Source of the DNA: Promethearchaeia archaeon
Lineage (GTDB): Archaea > Asgardarchaeota > Lokiarchaeia > Sigyniarchaeales > SOKP01
Length of the DNA: 64,000 nt
Direction: 5' to 3'
Assembly: GCA_029856045.1 (NCBI GenBank)
Contig: JAHQWG010000033.1
Coordinates: 52,397-116,396, forward strand
Within the stretch, counting starts at the first letter, position 1, and every line of letters begins with the position of its first letter. The notes beneath the pieces were generated by a model that saw nothing but the letters and a program-made list of their open reading frames with translations, did no database searches and was not told the DNA's origin. The position numbers were made by a program, and so were the translations under genes. Of this stretch, positions 1-10,459 are shown in pieces.

Positions 1-441
1 CTCATCCCCAATTTGATCGACTGATTTTAGTGAAATAGCTTCTCTTGGGCATAATTCTATGCACTGAGGTTCATCGTATTCTGTAGATTCGCATAAATCG
101 CAAATTAAAACAATTCCTGATTCAGTACTTAAAGATATTGCTCCAAATGGACATGCACGAATACAAAAAGCACACCCAGTACATTTATCTTCATTTACTT
201 TAATTGAACCTGTTTTTTCATCTTTTTCTAATGCTTTTTGTGGGCACGCATTTACGCAATCAGGATCTTCACATTTTTGACATGATAAGGCAATATTTAC
301 TATCGGCTCAATACGAACTCTTTTTATCCTAGATAGAAGAGGGTTAAAAACTCCTTCATGAACAAAACTACACACGCTTTCGCATATTTCACACCCAATA
401 CACAAATCTGGGTCAACTACAATAAATTCATGTCTTGGCAT
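1..441 (-). CDS. 4Fe-4S polyferredoxin (DmsB-like, four Cys clusters); 3' end lies beyond the left edge
   Basis: Open-ended, so absent from the ORF track. The minus-strand ATG at 439-441 overlaps the AOR stop (TAATG). Translates MPRHEFIVVDPDLCIGCEICESVC..CQKCEDPDCVNACP..CTGCAFCIRACP..CDLCES..CIELCP. Confidence 0.85.
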   Translation of the reverse strand, partial: MPRHEFIVVDPDLCIGCEICESVCSFVHEGVFNPLLSRIKRVRIEPIVNIALSCQKCEDPDCVNACPQKALEKDEKTGSIKVNEDKCTGCAFCIRACPFGAISLSTESGIVLICDLCESTEYDEPQCIELCPREAISLKSVDQIGDE

Positions 442-2312
442 TATTTCTTGCCTCCTGGTAGTTTTCCAATTACGAAATCTAATCCTAATCTTTTGAGTGT
501 TTCGTCAGTTGGAATACCTTCTTTAGTCCACCCTCTTGCTTCATAATAGCCTTCTAAGATTGATGTATAACCCTTTTTATCAAGTGTAACTCCTTTAGCG
601 GGTCCTATCGTAGGCGGTTCAGTAAAAAACCTTTCTGGTGGATAGTCATCTGCTTTTGTTGCACCTTCTCTTATGTTAAAGCATTTTGCTAGATTATGTA
701 TTGCTTCACCATTGTTTAAAAATTGTTCTGTTGTCATTTCATATCCGGATACATATTTATACATATCACAGTATTCTTGATTATTCTCATAAATTCCCCT
801 TGTAAATTTACAAACAATAAGTGAATCAATTAAACAATACTCATCTTCTGTTTTTTTAATTGCTTTCCCTCTTTCTAAAGGTTTCTCATACCCAAAACGA
901 TCAAATTTACCTTTAGCGTCCAGTCCATATGCTCCATTTCTCAAATGGCATGCACCTCTTATAGAAACGCTTGCTCCAACGGCAAAACTAGACATGCCAT
1001 GAATTTCATACATTGGGAACTCAAGCCCTTTAACTTGCATAGAATATTTCATTGCATCTCCACCCAATTTTTCGGCTGCTGCTCTACTCCCATCTGCTAG
1101 AATATCTCCAATTTTTGAACTTCTATTTCCCATTTCTTCTAAAATTCGTATCATTGATTTGTAATTACCAAAAGATAAATCATATCCTAAATCTTTTTTT
1201 GTGATGATTCCTTTCTCAAAGCACTCCATAGCAAAGGCTACAGTTGCTCCAGCTGAAATACCGTCCATTCCTAAGGTGTCACAAATTTCGATACCTTTCA
1301 TAATTGCAGGCCAATCAGAATGACCGCAATCACAACCCATGGAATAAATATTTTCAATATCCATGCTTGCAACGGTTCCAGCCCAATCAGGGTGATCATT
1401 TGGTACTCTTGCTAAATGATCGCACGCTATCGTACATTGACTACAACCACACGTTTTCACAACATAATGATCATTTAAATATTGTCCGTTAAGAATATCT
1501 ATGTCTTTCCAATATCCCTCTCTAAAATTATAATTTGCAAGCATTCCCATATCATTATATGAAGCAAGACCATTTGGTGTCCCATTTTCTCTATATTTTG
1601 TTGTAGCTGTACCGATTGAGCGCTTAATTAATTCTTTTGCTTTTTCATAGAATTCTTTTGGGTATGCAATTTTGACGCTTTTAGTCCCTCTAAAGCATAA
1701 AGCCTTTAAATTCTTTGAGCCCATTACACCACCCATACCGGTTCTTCCTGCTTGCCTATTCCTGTCATTAGTAACACATCCCATTCTCGAAAGTTTTTCT
1801 CCTGCAGGACCAATTGCAGCAACAGAAAGCCTTGAATCATTATAATGCTCTTTCAAGATCTCATCTGCTTCCCAACATCCTTTTCCCCACAAATCTAATT
1901 CTTTACAAGGTATAATATTGATATCATCGTCATCAAACATGATGAAAACGGGTTCTTCCGCTTTGCCATAAAACACAATCATATTATGACCTGCTCTTCT
2001 GGCTTGCTGTGCGATACTACCTGAAGATATAGACATTCCAAATAGTCCAGTTTGCGGTGATTTTGCAAAAAGTCCATATTTTGAACTTGTGGGTATAATC
2101 GTGGTGGGATATGGTCCTATTGCCCATACTAAAATATTATCAGGACTAAAAGGATCAATATCGAGTTTTAATTCATCCCACAGCACTTTAGCACCAAAAC
2201 CATAGCCTCCAATCCATTTAGTGCAAAAATCCTCATGAATGGTACTAATATCGATTTTTTCAGTATCTAAATGAATATTTACTCTTTGTTGTGTGTATCC
2301 TTCTAAAGTCAT
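441..2312 (-). CDS. aor: aldehyde:ferredoxin oxidoreductase, tungstopterin AOR family
   Basis: 623 aa, collinear with recalled Pyrococcus-type AOR: GRTGMGGVMGSKNLKA, CSQCTIAC cluster region, GACHLRN, DSLIVCKFT, C-terminal YYEARGWTKEGIP. Confidence 0.92.
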   Translation of the reverse strand: MTLEGYTQQRVNIHLDTEKIDISTIHEDFCTKWIGGYGFGAKVLWDELKLDIDPFSPDNILVWAIGPYPTTIIPTSSKYGLFAKSPQTGLFGMSISSGSIAQQARRAGHNMIVFYGKAEEPVFIMFDDDDINIIPCKELDLWGKGCWEADEILKEHYNDSRLSVAAIGPAGEKLSRMGCVTNDRNRQAGRTGMGGVMGSKNLKALCFRGTKSVKIAYPKEFYEKAKELIKRSIGTATTKYRENGTPNGLASYNDMGMLANYNFREGYWKDIDILNGQYLNDHYVVKTCGCSQCTIACDHLARVPNDHPDWAGTVASMDIENIYSMGCDCGHSDWPAIMKGIEICDTLGMDGISAGATVAFAMECFEKGIITKKDLGYDLSFGNYKSMIRILEEMGNRSSKIGDILADGSRAAAEKLGGDAMKYSMQVKGLEFPMYEIHGMSSFAVGASVSIRGACHLRNGAYGLDAKGKFDRFGYEKPLERGKAIKKTEDEYCLIDSLIVCKFTRGIYENNQEYCDMYKYVSGYEMTTEQFLNNGEAIHNLAKCFNIREGATKADDYPPERFFTEPPTIGPAKGVTLDKKGYTSILEGYYEARGWTKEGIPTDETLKRLGLDFVIGKLPGGKK

Positions 2313-2554
2313 ATTTCTACACTTTTTTTATTTTCTTAACAAATGTTATTAACTTAGACATTTCTCTATAAAAGAATGTCGTATGATAATAATTTACATT
2401 TGAAATATATAATAATTAAGATTTATTGTTAATCATTATTAAATTAAATTAATTTTTACAAAAGACTAATTTGTTAATTATATGGTAAAATAAGGTTTTT
2501 CCTTGCAAATTTTTGATTAATAGGAAATATTAAGAAAGGAAAATAGAGAAATAA

Positions 2555-5320
2555 TTAATAACGGTATACCATACCAAGGAAAGTGATTAAACACATTAAT
2601 TTAAGGTCTATTGCAGGGTTTTCATGTAAATAGCAATTAAAGTGAGTTAAACATTTTGGGCAATTAAAAATCATATATTTTGCTCCCGTTTCAATAGCTT
2701 GATTAATTCTCTCGCCTTGTATTTTTTTTGAGTAAATATTGCAAGACAAATTAGCAGCGACACCACAACAAAGAGCATCCTCTTTATTGTTTTTCATTTC
2801 TATTAATTCGACAAATGGAATTTTATTCAATATTTCACGGGGAGCATCATATACTTTACTCATTCTGCCAAGTCTACAAGGATCATGGTAAGTAACTAAA
2901 ATTTTATCAGAATTAGAGAGTTTTAAATTATCTAATAATCCTTCTTTTAGAATATATTCACTAATATGATAGACTTCAAAATTAAAATCATTATTTTCTT
3001 TAAAAAGATTTTTATATACAAATTTCCACATATAATATCCTTCTGCGCAATTGCAAATTATAGTTTTTACTCCAGCATTTTTAAATAATTGAACATTATG
3101 TTTTGCAAGTTTTTCGAAAGTATCCATATCACCTGTCCAATAATTATCATGTCCACAACATTTTTCATCCTCTAAAACTACAGGAATTATTCCATTTTGA
3201 TTTAAAATACCTATTAAGGTTTTTGGAACTCTTAAATAATCTATTTTATCAGAAGAATGATAAAATGATTGTTTCCCATAAACACATTTAAATTTCTGCC
3301 CCTTTTCAATTGATTCTTGTAATAATTCATGAGGTAAATCACAATTAGAACACATATTACATAAAACACATCTATGAGCTTCTTGAATTGCGTCTTCTTC
3401 CGAAAGTCCAATTTCACATTCATTAAAAGATTTTATTCTTTCTTCTACTGGAATTATTGGCATCTCTCTTCTTTGGGTGATTTCAATTTGCTTTTTAGGC
3501 ATTGCAGCAGGTCTTAAATCTTCCCTAAAGAACCTATCTTCTTTTAGATCAACATCTCTGAGATATCGATCGATTGAAATTGCTGCTTCGTATCCATTCG
3601 CTATTGCTCTAATGACTATTCCCTCACCACCTATTATATCTCCTCCAGCAAAAACACCAGGAATATTTGTCTGTAAAATTAATTTATCGGTTCGAACACT
3701 ACCTCTTTTATCAATTGCTATTTTATGTTCAGCAGCTAATAAAGGTTCATGGTCAGCTGCCTGACCTATTGCAAGTATTAAAACATTAACTTTCATTTTG
3801 ATTTCAGAACCTTCAATAGGAATAGGTCTTCTCCTACCTGAACTATCTGGTTCTCCAAGTTTCATCCGGATGCATCCAACTTCAGAAAGATTACCATTTT
3901 TATCACCTAAAATTCTTATTGGATTAGTTAAAAATTGAAATTCAATATTTTCTTCTTTTGCCATCTCAATCTCTTCTTTTGATGCGGGCATTTCTTTTTC
4001 AGATCGACGATAAATTAGGATTACTTGTTTTGCACCTAATCTTACAGATGTTCTTGCAGCATCCATAGCGACATTTCCGCCACCTACAACTCCAACTATT
4101 TTATCTTTAACTTTCACTTCAAATTTTTTTGTGGTTTTATCTGATAATTTATAATTTTTAAGATATTCTATACCTCCGATAACATTTTTAAGATCATCTC
4201 CCTCTATTCTCATTCTTCTGCTATGTTGAAGTCCTATTGATATAAAAATTGCTTTATAACCCATTTTTTTTAAGTCGTTAAACGTTAAGTCTGGTCCTAT
4301 AGGTGTATTTGTTTTAATTTCAACACCATTTTTTTCGATATATTCAATTTCATAATCTAAGATTCTTTGAGGTAAACGATATTCAGGAATACCAAATCTT
4401 AACATTCCACCTTTAAATGGTGATGATTCAAATACTGTAGGTTTATATCCCTTCTTTGCGAGATAATATGCAGCGGTCATACCAGATGGCCCTGAGCCAA
4501 TAATTGCAACTTTTTCTTTAGTCTGTTTAGGTGGGATAATATTCTTTAAAGGGGCATTTTTTATTTCCCAATCAGCAACAAATCTTTTTAGTGCTTTAAT
4601 GGCAACAGGTTTATCTATATTCCCACGATTACAAACATCTTCACAAAGAGCAGGGCAAATTCGCCCACATACACCCGGAAAGGGAATTCTCTTTCTTATT
4701 AGACAAAGCGCTTCTTGAAATTTACCTTCTCTAATAAATGAGATATAACCTTGTATGTCTACACCTGCTGGACACGCTCTTCTACATGGAGATATTTTAT
4801 CAATATATGGAATACAACCAACGAAATATGCAATATCTCCCTTATCAGCAATTTTTAAATCTGTATCATCCAAATAACCGAGTTTATTCTCGAATTCTAT
4901 TTGATTATTTGCCATTAAATAAGGTAAATTTGCATATAACCTACCATGTGTTGTATAGTCCAATTTTTCCTCTTTCAATTTTTCTGATTCCGTAGCGATC
5001 TTCCGAAGATTCAAAATAATATCAAAAAAATTGACGCCAATATTATCTTTTGTCATTGGACAATATTCGATACATTGCCCACAAGTTAAACAACTCCAAA
5101 TATTAGAATTATTAATTACATCTTCAACTGAGTAAGTAGAAAAGTCGCTGACTAATTGTCTTGGATAAAAAAGCCCAAATTTTGAAACAGGACAAACATT
5201 CACGCACCTATTACAATCATAACAGTAATTAGCCGATCTCACCAATTCTGCGATTCTTTCAAGATCTTTTTTTTCAATTTTTAAACTAATTTCTGGTGAA
5301 ATTTCCTCTTTTGCTTTCAT
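2555..5320 (-). CDS. multidomain Fe-S flavoprotein: HdrC-like 2x[4Fe-4S] + GltD/NfnB-like NAD(P)H flavoprotein + HdrB-like CCG domains
   Basis: 921 aa. N-terminal CYDCNRCVNVCP and CLTCGQCIEYCP. A GltD-type Cys-rich domain (CRRACPAGVDIQ..CGRICPALCEDVC). Rossmann motifs VAIIGSGPSGMTAAYY and VVGGGNVAMDAA. C-terminal CCGHD and CCGVAAN with DPCRLGR and FNCPKC. Confidence 0.8.
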   Translation of the reverse strand: MKAKEEISPEISLKIEKKDLERIAELVRSANYCYDCNRCVNVCPVSKFGLFYPRQLVSDFSTYSVEDVINNSNIWSCLTCGQCIEYCPMTKDNIGVNFFDIILNLRKIATESEKLKEEKLDYTTHGRLYANLPYLMANNQIEFENKLGYLDDTDLKIADKGDIAYFVGCIPYIDKISPCRRACPAGVDIQGYISFIREGKFQEALCLIRKRIPFPGVCGRICPALCEDVCNRGNIDKPVAIKALKRFVADWEIKNAPLKNIIPPKQTKEKVAIIGSGPSGMTAAYYLAKKGYKPTVFESSPFKGGMLRFGIPEYRLPQRILDYEIEYIEKNGVEIKTNTPIGPDLTFNDLKKMGYKAIFISIGLQHSRRMRIEGDDLKNVIGGIEYLKNYKLSDKTTKKFEVKVKDKIVGVVGGGNVAMDAARTSVRLGAKQVILIYRRSEKEMPASKEEIEMAKEENIEFQFLTNPIRILGDKNGNLSEVGCIRMKLGEPDSSGRRRPIPIEGSEIKMKVNVLILAIGQAADHEPLLAAEHKIAIDKRGSVRTDKLILQTNIPGVFAGGDIIGGEGIVIRAIANGYEAAISIDRYLRDVDLKEDRFFREDLRPAAMPKKQIEITQRREMPIIPVEERIKSFNECEIGLSEEDAIQEAHRCVLCNMCSNCDLPHELLQESIEKGQKFKCVYGKQSFYHSSDKIDYLRVPKTLIGILNQNGIIPVVLEDEKCCGHDNYWTGDMDTFEKLAKHNVQLFKNAGVKTIICNCAEGYYMWKFVYKNLFKENNDFNFEVYHISEYILKEGLLDNLKLSNSDKILVTYHDPCRLGRMSKVYDAPREILNKIPFVELIEMKNNKEDALCCGVAANLSCNIYSKKIQGERINQAIETGAKYMIFNCPKCLTHFNCYLHENPAIDLKLMCLITFLGMVYRY

Positions 5321-5531
5321 TTTAAAGTACTTTTTAAATTTTAATTAAAATTAAATTTAAGCAGATTATTTACTGATTCGTGTTAATCAATATTGTAAAT
5401 GATTTTTCAATTTTTAATGTTTATTATTATTTTGTATAACCATTTAGTTGTTTTTGCTGAATAAATAAAATGAGTTAAAAAATTAATTTTGATATTGAAA
5501 TCTAAGAATATTATTGTTTTTCCTTACTTAT

Positions 5532-7019
5532 TTAATGAAATTCATCACACCATGATTTAAAGAAATTTCTCCATTTTTGATTTTGAATTTTATTGTATAG
5601 TTTACCCCCTCTCTCATTCAAATATAGAATTTTATTATACTCAGTAAAATAATCAAAAATCATATCTTCTTTGGAGTAACCTCTTGAAGGTCTTATTACT
5701 GAACTTTTTAATGGATTTAAATTGTCAATTTTCCAGTATTCATCTATAAATTCTATTCCATAATTTGTAACATATTTATCTTTATGTTGATATACAAATG
5801 AGTTTGGGTATATTGAATAAAGCGTTGGGCCTATATCAATCAAATTATGAATTGAATCATTATTTATATAATCTACAGTTTCAAATAATGTCTCTTTTGT
5901 CTCTCCTGGATAACCTATTAATAAATTTAATCTGCATCTTACCTTAGCGTGCTGTTTGTAAAATTCTATTATCTCATGAGTTTTTTTTATGTAAGAATCT
6001 ACTTCTTTTATGGATATTTTATTCATTCTAACCAACATTTCTTTGGAAATAGACTCAAGTCCATATCCTACAACCATATTTGCTTCCTGAAATTCTTTTA
6101 ACATCTTTTTACTAAAATAATCGATTCTCGCTTGACAAGAGAACTCCATTTCCTCATTTAATTTATTCTCTTTTATTAATTCAAGCCATTTATATTTATC
6201 CTTTAGTGCATTAAAGCATTGATCTGAGAAATTAAATCTTTTAACACCATTTTTTTGAGCAATATTATATAATTCTGCAAAAAATAATCTAGCTTTGTTA
6301 TATTCTAGATTTCTGAATCTAAAATTACTACCACAGAAATAACAATTACCTGGGCATCCTCTTGATACAAAAAGTTCAAAACTCATTTTTGAGCTAAAAT
6401 CGGGATACATATCTAAATATCCAAGATAGTCTGGGAATGGTAAGGAGTTTATATCTATTGGTTCAGGTATTACAACTCTCGTCTTTGGAGTTTTAATTAT
6501 ATTACCATTCCTTAATAAATCTAAAAAAAATCTCTCTCCTTCGTCTCTTATCACAAAATCAAACGGTGAATTTTGGAATAAAAAGTCATTTGGAACTGCA
6601 GAAGGATGATATCCACCAACAACTATTTTTAAATCAGGTTTTAATTCTTTTAAAATAGAAGCAATTAATTTAGTTTGTAAATATGCGGCAGAAGTATAGC
6701 AACTTAATGCAATTATTTCATTTTCGAGTAGATTATATTTATCAATAATTTTTTTAAAAAACTTTTCAAATTCTTCTTTTTTATATTCGGAAATTTTATA
6801 TCCGTCGGGATTTAATTCTTCCTCACGTCGGATGTCAATAATTAATGGTATATTTTCTTTTATTAATTTTCTCTCTACTAATAGAGATATTATTTGTAAT
6901 GGTCCGATTGGAAAATTATAATAATAAATAGGTTTTTGATAATCTTCATCAATATTGAAGAAACTTGGAATTACCATTACAAACTTAATTGGAGTTTTTT
7001 CATATTGATTAGCGTTCAT
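5532..7019 (-). CDS. B12-binding (class B) radical SAM protein, substrate unknown
   Basis: 495 aa. CxxxCxxC in VSRGCPGNCYFCGS. The N-terminal half is Rossmann-like (IALSCYTSAAY..IVVGGYHPS), typical of cobalamin-binding radical SAM enzymes. Confidence 0.75.
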   Translation of the reverse strand: MNANQYEKTPIKFVMVIPSFFNIDEDYQKPIYYYNFPIGPLQIISLLVERKLIKENIPLIIDIRREEELNPDGYKISEYKKEEFEKFFKKIIDKYNLLENEIIALSCYTSAAYLQTKLIASILKELKPDLKIVVGGYHPSAVPNDFLFQNSPFDFVIRDEGERFFLDLLRNGNIIKTPKTRVVIPEPIDINSLPFPDYLGYLDMYPDFSSKMSFELFVSRGCPGNCYFCGSNFRFRNLEYNKARLFFAELYNIAQKNGVKRFNFSDQCFNALKDKYKWLELIKENKLNEEMEFSCQARIDYFSKKMLKEFQEANMVVGYGLESISKEMLVRMNKISIKEVDSYIKKTHEIIEFYKQHAKVRCRLNLLIGYPGETKETLFETVDYINNDSIHNLIDIGPTLYSIYPNSFVYQHKDKYVTNYGIEFIDEYWKIDNLNPLKSSVIRPSRGYSKEDMIFDYFTEYNKILYLNERGGKLYNKIQNQKWRNFFKSWCDEFH

Positions 7020-7239
7020 TAAATGATCTTCCTAAAATTATATTCTTTATTTTCTATCTTATTTTGCATATATAAAATGCTTTTTTTCCGATTTATTTTT
7101 TTTTAATAAAGTGATTAGTAAATACTCCCAGATCAAAATAATTTTATATAAATTATTCAATAAATTCCTTAATCACAACATTTTAATATAAATTATAAAA
7201 TGTAATATTTTTAAAATTAAAAATATAGGCTAGAATTAT

Positions 7240-7650
7240 ATGTCAATAGAGGAGTTAAGAACCAAAATAGCAGAAAGAGAAAGTGAGAAAGGTAAAGTTG
7301 AAGCTGAGGCACTAACTAAGACTACAGCTACAGAGTCTGAAATCAATTCTACTTTTGATCCAAAAATCTCAGAATTAAAGGGGCAAATGAGTATAGCACA
7401 AGAAGAGGTTGAAAATGCTCAAAAACTTTTGAATGAGGTAAGAACTAAACTTGGAAATGCTAAAGATAATGTAAAAAAAACATCTAATGACATAAAAATG
7501 AATGAAAGAAAAAAAGCCACTGCATTAAGAGATAAAATCAGAGAAATTCAAGTTAATAAAAAAGCAAAATTAAAATATCTAAATACAAAAATAAAGGAAC
7601 TTTATTCTCAAATTAGAGAAATTGAAAAAGAACAAGCTGTTGCCCGGTAA
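7240..7650 (+). CDS. hypothetical coiled-coil protein
   Basis: 136 aa, K/E/A-rich heptad-like sequence with no catalytic motif. Followed by a hairpin plus T-run. Confidence 0.5.
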   Translation: MSIEELRTKIAERESEKGKVEAEALTKTTATESEINSTFDPKISELKGQMSIAQEEVENAQKLLNEVRTKLGNAKDNVKKTSNDIKMNERKKATALRDKIREIQVNKKAKLKYLNTKIKELYSQIREIEKEQAVAR

Positions 7651-7662
7651 TTCTTTTATGGA

Positions 7663-7699
7663 AACGATTTAATATTTCGGTAATCGTTATTTTTTTTTA
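7663..7699 (+). terminator. hairpin plus oligo-T after 7240..7650
   Basis: aacgatt (7663-7669) pairs with aatcgtt (7682-7688) across a 12-nt loop, followed by a T9 run at 7690-7698. Confidence 0.5.
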
Positions 7700-7811
7700 T
7701 TTAATTTTCAAATCTTTAATAATTCTATTAGGATTTGCACTTTTTTATTTTGAGAAAAATTAGGTAAGATTTTCTTGAAAGATAAAAAAGAAAAAGTAAA
7801 AATTAATTTTA

Positions 7812-8666
7812 TTAAAGAACAGGAATTTTCTCTGAATTGTATATTTTGAGAGCTTCTTCTATTGATTTTCCTTTAAAAATAGCTTTATATCCCAGAGCTT
7901 TGTTTATTGGTTTAGGATCTTGAAAAATATTCCTACCTATTGCCATTCCATCCAGAACGTGAACAATTTCACTTGCAGTTTTATATGCTTGTTCAACAGT
8001 ATCTAATTTAGCACCTCCTGCGATTAAGCAATACATCCCTTGAGCATATTCTTTTATTTTTTTAAGACCATTCTCTCCTCTTGGATAATAAAGTTTTACC
8101 ATATCTGCTCCAAGTTCAAATGCAACTCTTGCACCATATCTTACATTTTCCCAATAACCTTCCTCATCTTTTTTCCGGGGATGTTGCCTTATATATGACC
8201 ACACAATTACTGGAACTTGAAATATCCTTGCCTCTCTTATAATATCCGCAAGTTCAGTTAATTGGGAAGTCTCATCCTGTCCTCCTACATAAAGACTGTA
8301 TCCTACAGCACATAACGTTGGACATAATGCCAAAGCTTCATCAACAGAACAATCAAGTCCTCCTCTTGGACTACGATTATCACTATATAATTCAGTCTTG
8401 CCATTGAGTTTTATTACCATTGGGAGATTTGGATGACGATCAGCATATCTAATATATAATCCTTTATGTAAGATGAGTGGAATTCCAGCTTTATCTGCAA
8501 CTGTCATAACATAATCTGGATTTGCCGCTTCTGGAATGGTAAAATCTGAGCGATGTTCAAACCCTTGATCGACTGCAAGAAATAAAGCTTTTTCTCCTAA
8601 TTCTCCTTTAAATAGCATTTTTTCCATTCGAATTTTAAAACCGGTAAATGGATTTTTTAGACTCAT
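7812..8666 (-). CDS. class I aldolase of the DhnA/FbaB family (fructose-bisphosphate aldolase or ADH-synthase type)
   Basis: 284 aa. Motifs LAVDQGFEH, MVIKLNGKT, GADMVKLYYP, LIAGGAKL and GMAIGRNIFQ match the archaeal DeoC/FbaB TIM-barrel aldolase pattern. Confidence 0.75.
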   Translation of the reverse strand: MSLKNPFTGFKIRMEKMLFKGELGEKALFLAVDQGFEHRSDFTIPEAANPDYVMTVADKAGIPLILHKGLYIRYADRHPNLPMVIKLNGKTELYSDNRSPRGGLDCSVDEALALCPTLCAVGYSLYVGGQDETSQLTELADIIREARIFQVPVIVWSYIRQHPRKKDEEGYWENVRYGARVAFELGADMVKLYYPRGENGLKKIKEYAQGMYCLIAGGAKLDTVEQAYKTASEIVHVLDGMAIGRNIFQDPKPINKALGYKAIFKGKSIEEALKIYNSEKIPVL

Positions 8667-8847
8667 AATAAATCACAAAAGGATAATAATATAATTAATA
8701 TTTATTATTTTTGCTTATTACCTTTAATTTATATTTATTTTTTGTTAGAATAATGAACATATTATTAAATAATAGTTAAGTTAAATTAAAATTAATAAAA
8801 ATTCAAAATGAAAATTATAATAACTGAAAAGTAGCGTGATTTAGGAA

Positions 8848-9870
8848 ATGTTAGAAGGAGATAAATGTAAAAGTTGTGAAACACAGAGTTGTTTAATGAA
8901 GTGTCAATTTATTGATATAAGTAAGGAAGATGCTAAAGTTGAGATTATGAAAATGGTTAATGGAGAGAATTCACGGATTTTAAGTGAATGTGTAACATGT
9001 TTTGCGTGTCAAGAATACTGTGAATTAAACGCAAGGCCATTTGATAGGATTGTAGAATTACAAGAAAAATATAATTCATTAAATATTCCTTCCGATATGA
9101 TTGAAAGGGGAGTAAATCAATATGCTCCTCACTCTGAATTAAGAATGAAAGAAATCGACCCAGAGAAGCCAGTTTTAGACAAATGTACCTTTAGGAATAT
9201 GAGTAAAAACGAGATGCAAGGACAAATGTTCGATAATCTTCAATACTTAAGCGGTACTGACTTTTTCTGTAATTTATTGTTTCATCATATGGCAAGAGAT
9301 TCCGTAGTTAAAGAGAGAGCTCCTCTTATTATTAATAATTTCAAAAGACACGGAGTAAAAGAATTAATTTGTTGGCATGATGAATGTTATGGGTTTTTTG
9401 CATCGTATTGTCCAAGAAATGGTATTGAAGTACCATTTAAAGCAATTCATCTTTTTGAATATCTCCATAATTATCTAAAGGACCATGAGTCAGAAATAAA
9501 TAAATTAAATATGAAAATTGCTTACCTGCGTAATTGTTCAAATAGATTCATACCTAAAACTGATCAATGGGTTGATAAAATATGCGAATTAATTGGTGTT
9601 GAGAGGGTTGCAAGAAAATACGACAGAGAAAACGCTTTATGTTGTGGAGGTGGCATGGAGGCGATACCAGGCAAGAAAAATTTACGTAGAGAAACTCAAA
9701 AGAAAAATGTTCAAGATATGGTAGATCATGAAGCAGAAGCTTGTGTATTTAATTGCCCCATGTGTAAAAATATGATTGGCTCATTAGCTGAGAGAAATGG
9801 TTTGAAATTATATCTATTAAGTGATTTATGTCGGCTTGCCTTAGGAGAAACATTAGATTACATTAAATAA
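8848..9870 (+). CDS. CCG-domain iron-sulfur oxidoreductase (HdrD/GlpC/LutA-like)
   Basis: 340 aa. N-terminal Cys clusters CKSCETQSCLMKC and CVTCFACQEYC. C-terminal ALCCGGG and FNCPMCKN (CCG-type). Confidence 0.7.
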   Translation: MLEGDKCKSCETQSCLMKCQFIDISKEDAKVEIMKMVNGENSRILSECVTCFACQEYCELNARPFDRIVELQEKYNSLNIPSDMIERGVNQYAPHSELRMKEIDPEKPVLDKCTFRNMSKNEMQGQMFDNLQYLSGTDFFCNLLFHHMARDSVVKERAPLIINNFKRHGVKELICWHDECYGFFASYCPRNGIEVPFKAIHLFEYLHNYLKDHESEINKLNMKIAYLRNCSNRFIPKTDQWVDKICELIGVERVARKYDRENALCCGGGMEAIPGKKNLRRETQKKNVQDMVDHEAEACVFNCPMCKNMIGSLAERNGLKLYLLSDLCRLALGETLDYIK

Positions 9871-9977
9871 GAAATTTCAAAATTTTTATTCTCTTTTTCT
9901 TATTTTTTATATCATTCAAGAGATCTCATGCATGTTAAGTAAATATTATATAAATAAAATACTATATTTTTATGTAA

Positions 9978-10397
9978 ATGGAAAATAATATTTCGAAAAA
10001 AATCAAAGTAATTCTTTCTAAAATTAAAAATATTAATAATCAATATTCTGATTTTTTTGATTCTTTGGATGAATTAGAAATTCCTTCTAAGGATGCGTTG
10101 ATTGAAGATATCTACAATAATAATCTTCTAAAAAATGAATTCTTTTCAGAGTTTACTCAAATCAGTAGTAAGACAATAATGAAACTTGAAAAAGAACAAA
10201 TTTTTGAAAGAATCATTTCTCAAATTAATAATAATCCTAACCAAAAAGACATTTATATCCAACAATTTTTAGAATTGTTTAAAGATATTTCCCCTCAAGA
10301 TAAAAAGGTGATGATACAATCCTTTTTAAAATTAGATGAACAAGGGCTTAGAGATCAAATGACTAGTTTGATGTCTATTTTAAAATTTAAAACATAA
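9978..10397 (+). CDS. hypothetical protein
   Basis: 139-aa ORF in an otherwise empty interval, helical-looking, with no motif recognised. Confidence 0.4.
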   Translation: MENNISKKIKVILSKIKNINNQYSDFFDSLDELEIPSKDALIEDIYNNNLLKNEFFSEFTQISSKTIMKLEKEQIFERIISQINNNPNQKDIYIQQFLELFKDISPQDKKVMIQSFLKLDEQGLRDQMTSLMSILKFKT

Positions 10398-10459
10398 CTT
10401 CTAATTAAAAAATAAAAAGAATTTTTATTAAAAGATATTAATTAATTAAAATTTTATTT

